From NCBI GenBank assembly GCA_965223505.1, contig CBDCWP010000024.1:1-64000 (forward strand): a stretch of DNA of 64,000 bases. Direction: 5' to 3'. This stretch comes from Planctomycetota bacterium. Lineage in GTDB: Bacteria > Planctomycetota > PLA2 > JAEUHO01. Position numbers and translations under genes: made by a program. Under the pieces are notes generated by a model. It had not been told where the DNA came from. It made no database searches and saw nothing but the letters and a program-made list of their open reading frames with translations. Position 1 is the first letter of the stretch. Each line of letters starts with the position of its first letter. This document shows positions 8,330 through 18,029 of this stretch, piece after piece.

Positions 8330-11300
8330 TTAGTCGGGAAGGCCCCAAAGCACCCAGGCCGCCCAGTAGTACGGATGCGACCACTTTTCCTGGGCGCGAA
8401 TGAACGCCTGCGCCTTGCGCAACGCCGCCGCCGCGCCGACGCCGACCCCGTCTTTCGGGTTCCATAGCTCGTAGAACTTGATCATCAAGGCGCGCGTCGC
8501 TTCGTCGTCGACCTTCCACAGACTCGTGATGACGCGCGGTGCGCCGGCGTACATGAACGCGCGTGTGAGCCCGATGATGCCCTCGCCGGTGACGACCTTG
8601 CCGGTCCCCGTCTCACACGCGGACAGCACCGCGAGATCGGCAGGCACACGCATTCGCATGACGTCGAGCACTGTGAGGAACCCGTCGTGTTCTTCGTCGG
8701 GCGTCAACGCCAGGGCACACAGCGTCGGCTTGTCGCGGTCGATCCGCCCGTGGCAGGCGAGATGAACCGCGCGCCAGGAGCGTTGCTTGGTGATGGCACT
8801 GCGCAGTCCCTGCTCGCTGGCGTCCTTCCCGAGCAGGACGAGGTCCCCGACCTTCTGTACCTCGACGCGCGTCGCCGGAAGCGCGAAGAGCCGATCGCCA
8901 CGCGTATACACCCCGCCCGATCCGCCCGCCTGCGCTCCATACGAAGGATCTCCCAGCGCGAGAACGCCCTTGGCCCCCCTACGGCGCTCCGTGGAGAGCA
9001 GCGCATGGGTCGAGGCGGACGGCGTCAGCGCGACGGTTTGATCGAACAGAGCCCCGAACGGGACGTAGCACAACGGGCCGGCAGGTGAGACGAGCACCTC
9101 CGTCGTGGCGCCGGGGAGCTTCAGCGGCGTGACGAGGAGCTCGCGCAGGCGCCCCAGCGCAGGACCCACGTCCTTGCGGGCTTCGACCCGCCCGAGCGCT
9201 TTGAAGGCGTCGTCCACCCGCGCGGCGGGCCCCAGATTGATGGCTCGCACCCAGTCCAGATCGAAGACGACGGCGATCGTCGTCTCGGCACAGAATCCGT
9301 AGAGCACCAACACCTGATTCGGCCGCAGATGTCGCTGAATCTCCGTGAGCCCGAGCGGGCGTGGATACACCAATCCTGCCTGCGCCTTCGCCGTGCGCTG
9401 GATCTTCGCAACGACGTCCCGCAGCCGATCCGTCGCGTCCACGAGCGCCTTCTTCGCGACTCGAAGCTCCGCGAGCTCTCCCGCACGCAACGCCCGACGG
9501 TATCGCGCCGCCGCCTTCGCCTCGGCAATCCGCGCGTCCGCTTCCGCCTGACGCAACGCGCCGGGAAGCTCGACGAAACGGAGCGCGTCGCGTCCGCCGA
9601 GGGACTCGAGCAGCGAGCCGGCCCGGCCCGCCTCGAGGAACTTCATCACCTTGCCCGCCACGCCGATCCGCGCCGCGGCCAAGGCGCCGAGCTCGTAGAT
9701 CGACGCCCGCTGCGTGCGCACCCGTGCCGCCGCGACTTCGCTGAGACCTCCGAGCAGGTGCTCCATTTCCCTGAGCGCCCGCTCGGCGACCTCCAGCGCG
9801 AGCTTCGGGTTGTTCATCTCCAAGTGCGTGAGCGTGAGCGTCGACAGCGTGTAGAGCTCCAGCTGCGGGCTGCGTAGGGCCTCCACCTCCTGCGCCGCGT
9901 GCACGACGAGACGAAGCGCCTCGTCGTGCTCGCCGTTCATCAGGTGCACGTAGGCCAGATTGGTCATGGTCTCGACGAAACCCGCGCGATCCGCCGCCTC
10001 CTTGCGAATCTTCGCCGCCTCGCGGTACAGGCGGATCGCCTCCGCGTAGTTGGTTTCCCAAACGGCGGCAGACCCCAGTGCCGAGAGCGCAACGGAAATG
10101 CCGCGTTGGTCGCCAAGGTCTTGACGAACTCGAAGGGAGCGCTCGAGGAGCGCCGTGCCCTCCTGACGTTCGCCGCGCAATAGAAGAAGCAGACCGAGAT
10201 TGCTGCACGCGCTGGCAATTCCCTTCTTGCCTTCGACCTCCTCGAACAGCTTCAATGTCCGACGCAGGGTACGTATCGCGCGATCGTCGTCGCCGATGGC
10301 GTTGTAGAGCACGGCCAGGTTGTTGAGATTGCCCGCGATGCGCGGCGTGTCGTTCTTCGACTCGTCGTATTTCAGCGAGGTGTGAAAAGCGTCGAGCGCC
10401 TTGGGGTACGCGCCGAGCATCTGGTACGTGACGCCGAGGTGCGAGAGCGCGCGAGCGTGGAAGTACGCCAGCCCATGCTGAAGGCAGTAGCGCACGGCCC
10501 GCTCTAGAAACGCGCGCGAGCGCTCGTACTCACTGGTCGCTTCGAAGTAGGACCCGAGCGCGATCAGGGCATCCGCGACCCCCTTGGCCTCGCCGAGACT
10601 CTGGAACGCTTCGAGGCCCGCCCGTGCATGTTCGATCGCGACTCGGATGTCGCCGAGCTCTTCCGAAACAGCCGCCATGAGCATCGAGGTCTTGGCGGCC
10701 GTCTTGTCGTCACCAGCGCGGCGTGCCGCCGCGACCGCGCGCTCGAACGCGGCCAGCGCGGCCAGGGGCCTTTGCGTCGCCTGCAGGGCCTTGCCGAGCG
10801 CCATCCCGGCATCCGCGAGACGGTCGGGACGGTCGAGCTCGGTCTCGAGCAGGACGCGTTCCTGCGCGAAAGCGACGGCGGTCTGCTTGTCGTCCTGAAC
10901 GGTTGCCGTCTGAACGATCCACTGCAGCGCCTGCCCCCGCGCGGTCACCCAGCCGACGCGAAGCGCGTGCTCCGACGCGGCCTTGAGCGATGCCATGGCA
11001 TCGTCGTAACGCCCGTTCATGTAGGCCGCGACGCCGCGTACGTAGAGGACCTGGACGGAAACGACGTTCGCGTCGCCGCACACCAACGGCTCGAGGATCG
11101 GGTACGCATCCTTCAGCTTGCCCGCCTCGGCCACGGCACGAGCGCTGCGCAGCGCAGCGCGCGCCTTCTCTTCCTTCTTGCGGCTTCTCTTCGAATCGAC
11201 GTAGACCGCGAGCTTCGCCGTGGCGGGCCGCTTGACGGCGCGAGCGAGCGCACCAGCCGCCGCCAGCTCCTCTTCCATGATGAGCCAATCGGCGATGAGC

Positions 11301-11491
11301 CACGGATCGGGGTTGTCCCTCGACGCAATCTCGACGAGCGACTTCTGGTCCTTGGCCTCGACGGCGCGAAGCACTTCACGCGCGGCCTTCACCTCGGGGT
11401 AGCTGTCGTTCGCTTCGTCGGCGGCGGCGCCCGTCAGGAGCAAATTCGTCAGAGCGAACGCACAGAGGCACTGCTTGGCCCATCTCGGCAT
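8330..11491 (-). CDS. TPR-repeat + CHAT (caspase-like) domain protein, secreted
   Basis: Multiple TPRs (e.g. LNNLAVLY, CSNLGLL). CHAT motifs HLACHG, LSACETG, SLWKVDD and HPYYWAAW. Signal peptide after MPRWAKQ; start is approximate. Confidence 0.88.
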   Translation of the reverse strand: MPRWAKQCLCAFALTNLLLTGAAADEANDSYPEVKAAREVLRAVEAKDQKSLVEIASRDNPDPWLIADWLIMEEELAAAGALARAVKRPATAKLAVYVDSKRSRKKEEKARAALRSARAVAEAGKLKDAYPILEPLVCGDANVVSVQVLYVRGVAAYMNGRYDDAMASLKAASEHALRVGWVTARGQALQWIVQTATVQDDKQTAVAFAQERVLLETELDRPDRLADAGMALGKALQATQRPLAALAAFERAVAAARRAGDDKTAAKTSMLMAAVSEELGDIRVAIEHARAGLEAFQSLGEAKGVADALIALGSYFEATSEYERSRAFLERAVRYCLQHGLAYFHARALSHLGVTYQMLGAYPKALDAFHTSLKYDESKNDTPRIAGNLNNLAVLYNAIGDDDRAIRTLRRTLKLFEEVEGKKGIASACSNLGLLLLLRGERQEGTALLERSLRVRQDLGDQRGISVALSALGSAAVWETNYAEAIRLYREAAKIRKEAADRAGFVETMTNLAYVHLMNGEHDEALRLVVHAAQEVEALRSPQLELYTLSTLTLTHLEMNNPKLALEVAERALREMEHLLGGLSEVAAARVRTQRASIYELGALAAARIGVAGKVMKFLEAGRAGSLLESLGGRDALRFVELPGALRQAEADARIAEAKAAARYRRALRAGELAELRVAKKALVDATDRLRDVVAKIQRTAKAQAGLVYPRPLGLTEIQRHLRPNQVLVLYGFCAETTIAVVFDLDWVRAINLGPAARVDDAFKALGRVEARKDVGPALGRLRELLVTPLKLPGATTEVLVSPAGPLCYVPFGALFDQTVALTPSASTHALLSTERRRGAKGVLALGDPSYGAQAGGSGGVYTRGDRLFALPATRVEVQKVGDLVLLGKDASEQGLRSAITKQRSWRAVHLACHGRIDRDKPTLCALALTPDEEHDGFLTVLDVMRMRVPADLAVLSACETGTGKVVTGEGIIGLTRAFMYAGAPRVITSLWKVDDEATRALMIKFYELWNPKDGVGVGAAAALRKAQAFIRAQEKWSHPYYWAAWVLWGLPD

Positions 11492-11761
11492 CTGGATCAA
11501 ACCCGGGCACCCCCACAGCACTGAGGCCGGGTCCATCATTGCGGCGCCGGCGCCCTGGTGTCCACGGAAACGAGGCTCATCGACCAGGGCCGGACGAATC
11601 ACGCGGCATTTCACGTAGAAGCCTGAGTGCACGATCGATGAAATGAGTGTGCTCCGGATGCGCCTAGGGATGCGAGCCCTTGTCGGGAGCGATGCTCTCT
11701 ACGTATCATGGGCACAGGGAGTCCACACTCGATGACGAGCTTGGACAGGAAGGTGCAGGAA

Positions 11762-12337
11762 ATGACTCGTATTGATCGCGCGGCACACCCGCGTTTCGTC
11801 GCGGCGCTGAGCCTCTTCGTTCTCCTCTGTGTCGGCTTGACCGGCTGTTGCTGTCCGAAGCCCGAGTGCCCGCGAAACGGCGGCACCAACGGGAACGGCG
11901 AGGACAACGAGAACGGAGGAGGTGAGGACGAGTTCACTCCCGGTGACGGCCCCCCCGGCCCGTCGGCCATGCGGCGCGTGCGCCTGCTCAACACGAGGGC
12001 GGACCGCATGGGGAACTTCCGCGCCGTCTACAAGATCGGTGGAGCGGGAACGCCGCAGCCGATCGCATTCCAGACTTGCGAGGTTCACAACAACGAGGCG
12101 GCGTTCGCCCTGATTCCACAGAGTGCCACGCACGTCATGGCCGAGTTCGACGTCGATGTAGACGGTACGTACGAGTACACGGGCAACTGGCACACGCTTG
12201 ATCCCAACGCGCCGTTCATCGAGTGGTTTCTCGGCATCAGCGAGGGACCGCCCACGAACGATTCGCACGAGTGGCTCGTCCACTGGTACTACCAGAACGG
12301 CGTCTGGGAGGCGCACTGCGCCCGCTGGGGCGGCTAG
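11762..12337 (+). CDS. Hypothetical Cys-rich lipoprotein
   Basis: Hydrophobic stretch and lipobox LTGC followed by CCPKPEC, a Gly/Asn/Glu linker and a beta-rich C-terminal domain. AGGA RBS. Confidence 0.65.
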   Translation: MTRIDRAAHPRFVAALSLFVLLCVGLTGCCCPKPECPRNGGTNGNGEDNENGGGEDEFTPGDGPPGPSAMRRVRLLNTRADRMGNFRAVYKIGGAGTPQPIAFQTCEVHNNEAAFALIPQSATHVMAEFDVDVDGTYEYTGNWHTLDPNAPFIEWFLGISEGPPTNDSHEWLVHWYYQNGVWEAHCARWGG

Positions 12338-13467
12338 ATCGGAACCGGCTCGATCGTTATGCAGGGCTCGTCGACGCGCTTGACCGTCACGGGCGTCTGA
12401 AGACACGACTCTGCGGCGAGACGAATCTGCTCGTAGTGCTTCGCTTCGGGTTCGCCGCCGTAGCGGTGCATGACGTTTCCGTTCGGATTGTCGATGAAGC
12501 TGAAAGCGAGTCCGGCACAGTCACCGCAGGCGACGGAACCGTACTCGTCGCAGTTCCCCAGCATGTGCCCGAACTCGTGGACGGTGGCGTCATCACCGTC
12601 CGTCGCGGGCCAGTTCGTCAACGTGGGCGTACCGGTCGGAGTCGCGGCTGTGACGGTGATGTCGTAGTGCTGCCAAGTCAGGTCTTCCGTGTCGCGCATG
12701 TTGACGCGGAAATAGATCTGGTACCCGTCTCCACACTTCGACTTGGAGCCGGAACAGAGTTTGAACCGGCCGCCCCAGTAGCACTCGATCTTCGCCTTCA
12801 CCTGCCGCGCCCACTCATCTGGATCGATGCCGATGACGTTGTAGAAGTGGTAGTAAATATTCACGTCGACAAGCGCAATGCAGAGCCTGTAGTCGATCGT
12901 CAGCTTGAAGCGTGACTCCCACGGGTAGCACGTGCCGTTCAGTTTCTCCTCGTGCTCGGCCACGTGGTGTTTCGTGCAGGTGCACCTTTCCCACCCGCAA
13001 CACCATCGGCAGCACCACCACCAGAAGCGTTTGTACCAGGGGGGAATCGCGATCTCCGGCAGCGCGCCGATGTGGGCGATCTGAAAGCTCGCCCACTCGC
13101 TCTTCACCGGCGGCTTCTTCTCACCATCCACGTACGGGTGGGCTACGAATCGGACCTGATAGACGCCCGCAGGCATTCGGTAGTCAAGAAAGCCGATGTA
13201 CCGGACCGCGACACCGTCACCGTCCACGTCGGTCCAGGGCGAGAGCTTCTCTTCCTTGCGGAGAGGCCCGGGGCCCGGCGCCGGAGGGGGAATGTCGAAG
13301 GGCTTGCCGTTCGGATCGAGAATCTCGAGTGACGTGCCGACGAATCCGAGGTCGAATCGGTTGAGTCGGAACGGGACGGTGCCGTCGTTCTCGATCTTGA
13401 CCCTGACGAGAACTTCCGACGCCCGCAGCGCCCCTTCAGGCGTCTGTATGTGCAGTGACAGGCCCAT
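12334..13467 (-). CDS. Putative zinc metallopeptidase (metzincin-like) with an N-terminal beta-sandwich
   Basis: HEFGHMLGNCDEY (HExxHxxGxxD) and a downstream NVM Met-turn. Central WWWCCRWCCGWERCTC segment. Confidence 0.65.
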   Translation of the reverse strand: MGLSLHIQTPEGALRASEVLVRVKIENDGTVPFRLNRFDLGFVGTSLEILDPNGKPFDIPPPAPGPGPLRKEEKLSPWTDVDGDGVAVRYIGFLDYRMPAGVYQVRFVAHPYVDGEKKPPVKSEWASFQIAHIGALPEIAIPPWYKRFWWWCCRWCCGWERCTCTKHHVAEHEEKLNGTCYPWESRFKLTIDYRLCIALVDVNIYYHFYNVIGIDPDEWARQVKAKIECYWGGRFKLCSGSKSKCGDGYQIYFRVNMRDTEDLTWQHYDITVTAATPTGTPTLTNWPATDGDDATVHEFGHMLGNCDEYGSVACGDCAGLAFSFIDNPNGNVMHRYGGEPEAKHYEQIRLAAESCLQTPVTVKRVDEPCITIEPVPI

Positions 13468-13561
13468 CGAATAGCCCCCAGCGAAACAACGGCGGCTCAG
13501 ATCCTAACGATTCGGAGCCCCCCGTGAAATAGCGCCGCCTGCATTCGGCTACCTTGGGTGA

Positions 13562-16210
13562 ATGGGTCGTTTCGCAGGCACGTTGCCGCTCGTCTTCACG
13601 GCGCTTCTGGCGCTGCTGGGGGGTCTGCCGGAGGCCTACGGCGATGACGAGACGGATGCCAGACGAGCCGTCGCGATCCAGTTCTTCGAGGACGGACGGC
13701 GGCTCGAGCAGGACGGATTACCCGACGAGGCACGCGACAAGTTCGAGAAGGCGGCCAAAGCGGCCAAGGAAGCCGGCGAGCTCGACGCGGAGGCCGCCGC
13801 TCTGAGGGGACGACTGCGGTGCCAGTTTCTGCAGCACGACTTCAAAGGCATGATCGCGACCCTTGAGCGGCTCCTCGAAGTGGAGACGGAACTCGGAAGA
13901 ACGGTCAAAGCGATCGAGACGGAGTCGGACCTCGGCGCAATCCTCATCGAGCTCGGTTCGTTCGACAGCGCCAGAAAACACCTCGAGAGCGCCTTGAGCG
14001 GACTCCGGCGACAGAAACAGGCGCTCGACCGCGCACTCTCGGTCGAGGCGACGGAGGATGCCAAGAAAGACCTCGCAAATGACCTCGGGAAGAACGCAGT
14101 CGCTCGGGCATTCACACTTACGCACCTGGCGGACGTCTCAGCACGACAGCGGAGCTACGCGACAGCACTGGATCTGGCAGAGGCGGCGGAACGGCTCTTC
14201 AGAGAGGTGAAGAACGACCAGGATCGATGGTACGCGCAGGAGCTCATTGCCGGCATCCATGTCGAGCTCGGCGCCTATGAGCGAGCGGAGGCGCTCCTCA
14301 ACAACATGGTCGAGGAACAGGCCGCCGGCAGCGCGCATCGTGCGTTGGCGCTGGGCAACCTCGGATTCGCTCAGTACCGCATGGATCGCCTCGACGCCGC
14401 GGCAAGCTCTCTCGACAAGGCGCTCGCGATATTCCGGAAGACGGACGCGCGGGTGGACATGGCACGCGCTCTCATTCACCGCGGCGAGGTCGAAGAGCGT
14501 CGCGGAAACGCCGCGCGTGCGCTTGCGACGTATCGAGAAGCACTCAAGTTCGAGCCGGGAAACCGCGAGATCAACGTCAAGATCGGTGACGCCCTGCTTG
14601 CCCTTTCTGAGCCGGACGTCGACGGCGCGCGGGACAACTACGCCCTGGCGCTGTATGAGTCGTCCGCGGACCTTCAGATCCGAACGGATGCGTTGCGAGG
14701 CCTCGCCCACATCGCGCTGCTCGAACACGCGCCAAGAACTGCGCTGATGCTGGCAAACGACGCCCTGACGGCGCTCGAGACGTTCAATGTCGGACTTGCG
14801 GACGAGCAGACCGCGTTCGCGCAGGCCCACTTTCCCAAGGTGCTCTCCATCGCGCTTCGCAGCGCGGTCGAGGTCGGAGAGCCGCATGCGATCAGCGAGG
14901 TCCTCGAGCGGACGCGCGCGGCAACCGCGCCCCACGATCCCGGCGTAGCGGACGTATCCGCAGCCGATCGGGAGCGCGAATTCGAGGCGCGCGAGGCCGT
15001 CGTCAAGGCGCAGATGCGCTACTACGACGCGCAAGATGAAGGACTGCTGAAGACGATTCGTGAGCGCCGGGCGCAGTACAACGCGGCGGTCGGCGCCTAT
15101 CGCGACGTGCTGGAGTCGATCGAGCGGGCGAGCAAGCGCGTCGGCACGCGCCGCTTGGCGCACATCCATGCGCACGTGCTGCAAAGAGAGCTCGACGAGA
15201 GCTCGGCGCTCGTACAGTACGTCCTACGGGACGGAATCGCCGGCGCGCTGGTGGTCACGCAGGAAGAGATACGCTGGATCGAGCTCGACGACGTCGACCG
15301 CATTCGATCTACGTGCGAGGAGCTCTGGACCGACCTGGTCGAGGGCGCTCCTTCCTCGTCCTCGGCGATCCTGCAGCGCGCGAAGAGACAGCTCGTAAAG
15401 CCACTCGGGCTACCGTCGAGCTTGACGAGGGTGTACGTGAGTCCGGACGACGGTGTTGCCAAGGTCCCGTTTGCCTTGCTGTTGCCCGACCACGTAGCGA
15501 CCTCGTTCGTGCAGTCGGGAACGGTGCTCGCGCAGCTCGTTCCCGCGCGTCAGATCCGCGGCGAGCACGCTCTCCTCGTCGCCGACCCCGAGTACTCCGT
15601 CGGCGGAGAAGGCAATGCAACCCGTGTGTACGCCGGTGGCACGCGCCTCTCGCCACTGCCGCACTCGCGTAGGTCGGCGGTGGCCGTCAAGCGTCACGGC
15701 GATCGCCTGCTACTCGGGCGAGAGGCCTCTGAGACGCAGGTCCGACGGTTGCTAGATGAGATGGGACGGATTCGGGTCATCCAGTTCGGATGCCACGGCA
15801 TCTTGAACACCGAGTCACCGAATCTCTCGTCGTTGGCGCTGTCCCCCGATTCGAGTCACGACGGGTTCCTGAACGAGGTCGAGCTACCTCGGCTCGACTT
15901 CGATGCGGACTTGGTCCTGCTGTCCGCGTGCAACACGGCCCGTGGACGTTCGCTGCAGGGTGTGAGTCTCCGAAGCCTCGCCCGCGCGTTCATGGCAGCC
16001 GGGGCGCCGCGCGTGATCGCCAGCCTTTGGCCCGTCGACGACGCCGCGACCTCCGCTCTGATGATCAAGCTGCACGAGGAGCTGCGAAAGGACGGCGTCT
16101 CGACCGCCGAGGCGCTTCGCCGCGCCCAAGACCACGTTCGCTCGAAGAAGAAACGCTGGAAGGCGCCCAAGTACTGGGCGGCCTGGGTCATCTGGGGCCT
16201 GCCCGACTAG
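13562..16210 (+). CDS. TPR-repeat + CHAT domain protein, secreted
   Basis: Signal peptide MGRFAGTLPLVFTALLALLGGLPEAYG and TPRs. CHAT motifs FGCHG, LSACNT, SLWPVDD and PKYWAAW. Confidence 0.88.
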   Translation: MGRFAGTLPLVFTALLALLGGLPEAYGDDETDARRAVAIQFFEDGRRLEQDGLPDEARDKFEKAAKAAKEAGELDAEAAALRGRLRCQFLQHDFKGMIATLERLLEVETELGRTVKAIETESDLGAILIELGSFDSARKHLESALSGLRRQKQALDRALSVEATEDAKKDLANDLGKNAVARAFTLTHLADVSARQRSYATALDLAEAAERLFREVKNDQDRWYAQELIAGIHVELGAYERAEALLNNMVEEQAAGSAHRALALGNLGFAQYRMDRLDAAASSLDKALAIFRKTDARVDMARALIHRGEVEERRGNAARALATYREALKFEPGNREINVKIGDALLALSEPDVDGARDNYALALYESSADLQIRTDALRGLAHIALLEHAPRTALMLANDALTALETFNVGLADEQTAFAQAHFPKVLSIALRSAVEVGEPHAISEVLERTRAATAPHDPGVADVSAADREREFEAREAVVKAQMRYYDAQDEGLLKTIRERRAQYNAAVGAYRDVLESIERASKRVGTRRLAHIHAHVLQRELDESSALVQYVLRDGIAGALVVTQEEIRWIELDDVDRIRSTCEELWTDLVEGAPSSSSAILQRAKRQLVKPLGLPSSLTRVYVSPDDGVAKVPFALLLPDHVATSFVQSGTVLAQLVPARQIRGEHALLVADPEYSVGGEGNATRVYAGGTRLSPLPHSRRSAVAVKRHGDRLLLGREASETQVRRLLDEMGRIRVIQFGCHGILNTESPNLSSLALSPDSSHDGFLNEVELPRLDFDADLVLLSACNTARGRSLQGVSLRSLARAFMAAGAPRVIASLWPVDDAATSALMIKLHEELRKDGVSTAEALRRAQDHVRSKKKRWKAPKYWAAWVIWGLPD

Positions 16211-16270
16211 GCGCGGTGATCGTCCGATGACCACGGCGTCCCTAGGATCCCGGGTCCAGGGAGGGCAGTC

Positions 16271-17047
16271 GTGGTCGGCACGAGGTGGGCAGCTCTCATT
16301 GTCACGGTGTGTGCGTTCGGGTTGGCGGGCTGCCAGTCCCGCTCCCTGTTCTGCAAGGAAGGCGAGTGGCAGTTCTCCGCGTACACCGGCAAGGCGCACA
16401 CCTTCAACAGCGACATCAGCCTGCGTCACCCCGCCGCCGGCACCGACCTAGAGGTCAAGGACGTCGGGTTCGACGACGAGTCTCTCACCTTCCACCCGCC
16501 GCCCAACTACGGCGCGCGCATCACCTACTGGACCGGCAAGCACAAGCAGCAGGGCATCGCAGTCGATTTCCACCACCCCAAGGCGATCGCGCGCACCCAC
16601 GAGGTGAAGGAGATCACGGGCGTGAAGAACGGCGTCCCCGTGGCGAGCCCCGCGCCGATGTCGACCGCGATCGAGCGCTGGCGGGTGGCGTTCGGCCACA
16701 ACATCCTCACGCTCAACTACATGCACCGCTGGTTTCCCAAGGGACGCCGCGACGAGACGCTGCTCGGCCGCATGCAGCCCTACGCCGGCATCGGCGTGGG
16801 CGTCGCGATTCCCAGCCCGCTCATTCAAGTGGACGGCGTTCGCGTCGCCGACGGCTACCGCATCGCCGGTCCGGCCGCGACGGCGATCCTCGGGCTCAAC
16901 CTCGACGTCTGGGGCCCCTTCTCCGTCTACGCGGAGGGCAAGCTCAACTGGACGGATCTCAACCTGCGCTTCAAGAGCGGTGTCGGCGAGTCGAAGACCG
17001 AGCTCTGGACGACCAACATCCTGGTCGGCGCGTCGGTCAGGTTCTAG
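16271..17047 (+). CDS. Outer-membrane beta-barrel, lipid A oxidase LpxQ-like
   Basis: Signal or lipobox FGLAGC. Motifs PPNYGARITYW, DFHHPK, GHNILTLN and PYAGIGVG resemble the LpxQ family as I recall it. C-terminal Phe (…GASVRF). Confidence 0.6.
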   Translation: MVGTRWAALIVTVCAFGLAGCQSRSLFCKEGEWQFSAYTGKAHTFNSDISLRHPAAGTDLEVKDVGFDDESLTFHPPPNYGARITYWTGKHKQQGIAVDFHHPKAIARTHEVKEITGVKNGVPVASPAPMSTAIERWRVAFGHNILTLNYMHRWFPKGRRDETLLGRMQPYAGIGVGVAIPSPLIQVDGVRVADGYRIAGPAATAILGLNLDVWGPFSVYAEGKLNWTDLNLRFKSGVGESKTELWTTNILVGASVRF

Positions 17048-17836
17048 CTACCACTCGCCTCGGATGCCCAGCTCGAGCGCAGCGCCGCCCTGTCGCGAAC
17101 CGGCGTTGACGTACACGATCGGCCGGCAGTATCGGCCCACGATCAACTCGTCGGCCAAGACACCGATGAAGTTCCCGATCGAATGCCCCACCAACGTGTC
17201 GGTTGGATAATGGCGTTCCGACTCGATGCGATTCCAGGCGTTGAGCCAGGGCATCGCTTCGAACCAAGCCCGGCCGACCCACTGCGCACGACCGGACAGC
17301 GTTCCTCGAGCAACGTTTCGTTTGCCGACGGCGCAAGCCGCCGCGACGACGGTCGCATGTCCGGACGGCATCGAGTCTCGGGTTTCCCCTTTCGGGCGCT
17401 TGCGACCGATGGCGTCCTTGATCATCGGTGAGACGACAGCCGCAGATCCGATGCCGACGACGGCCGCGTTCACGCGATCGATCCTGCGCCATGGATCGGG
17501 ACTTGGAATGCGCGGCGCATACGGATCTCCCGCGGTGGCGGCCGCGGCAGCGACGGTCATTCCCAACATGACGTCGCCGGTGATCTCCGCATCGCCGAAG
17601 TCGAAGATTCCGATGCCGCTCGCCCACTCGGAGATGTCCTCGTCGGCATCCGCTACGGCGATCGCGCCGGCAGCCACCAGCGGCACCCACGTGTGCGGGT
17701 CCACCGCCGCCGTTCGCACGCCTCGGCGGAATCGATGCTCGCCCGGGGACGTGCAGCCGGTCGTCACGAGCACGAACAGCAGCAATACGGCCCAACGACC
17801 GTTCAGCACCCGCAGCCGCCCTGCCTCGCTACCCAT
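17048..17836 (-). CDS. PAP2-family phosphatase (LpxE/PgpB-like)
   Basis: All three PAP2 motifs: KDAIGRKRP (C1), PSGH (C2) and RIESERHYPTD (C3). Start is approximate. Confidence 0.82.
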   Translation of the reverse strand: MGSEAGRLRVLNGRWAVLLLFVLVTTGCTSPGEHRFRRGVRTAAVDPHTWVPLVAAGAIAVADADEDISEWASGIGIFDFGDAEITGDVMLGMTVAAAAATAGDPYAPRIPSPDPWRRIDRVNAAVVGIGSAAVVSPMIKDAIGRKRPKGETRDSMPSGHATVVAAACAVGKRNVARGTLSGRAQWVGRAWFEAMPWLNAWNRIESERHYPTDTLVGHSIGNFIGVLADELIVGRYCRPIVYVNAGSRQGGAALELGIRGEW

Positions 17837-18029
17837 GCCCGCCCGCAGCCTAGCCGGGCCCTTAGATCTGGGTCCAGCGGCGGATTCGGCATTCGTCGGA
17901 CGGCCATCGGGTGTCGAGATCTTTGGACACGCCGGACGACTGAATCGACCGTCCATCTCACCGGCTCCGATTGCCTGCTCCACGGCCAATTGTTAACCTT
18001 TCCCTCACGTGTGTGTGGGAGGTGGATAG

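Noticed and set aside
8352..16188. 17-nt inverted identity as transposon terminal inverted repeats
   Set aside because: It lies inside the conserved YWAAWV coding motif of two paralogues, and no transposase or target-site duplication was seen.
17840..18029. Sigma54 promoter expected upstream of the PEP-CTERM gene
   Set aside because: I found no convincing GG-N10-GC element with correct spacing by eye.
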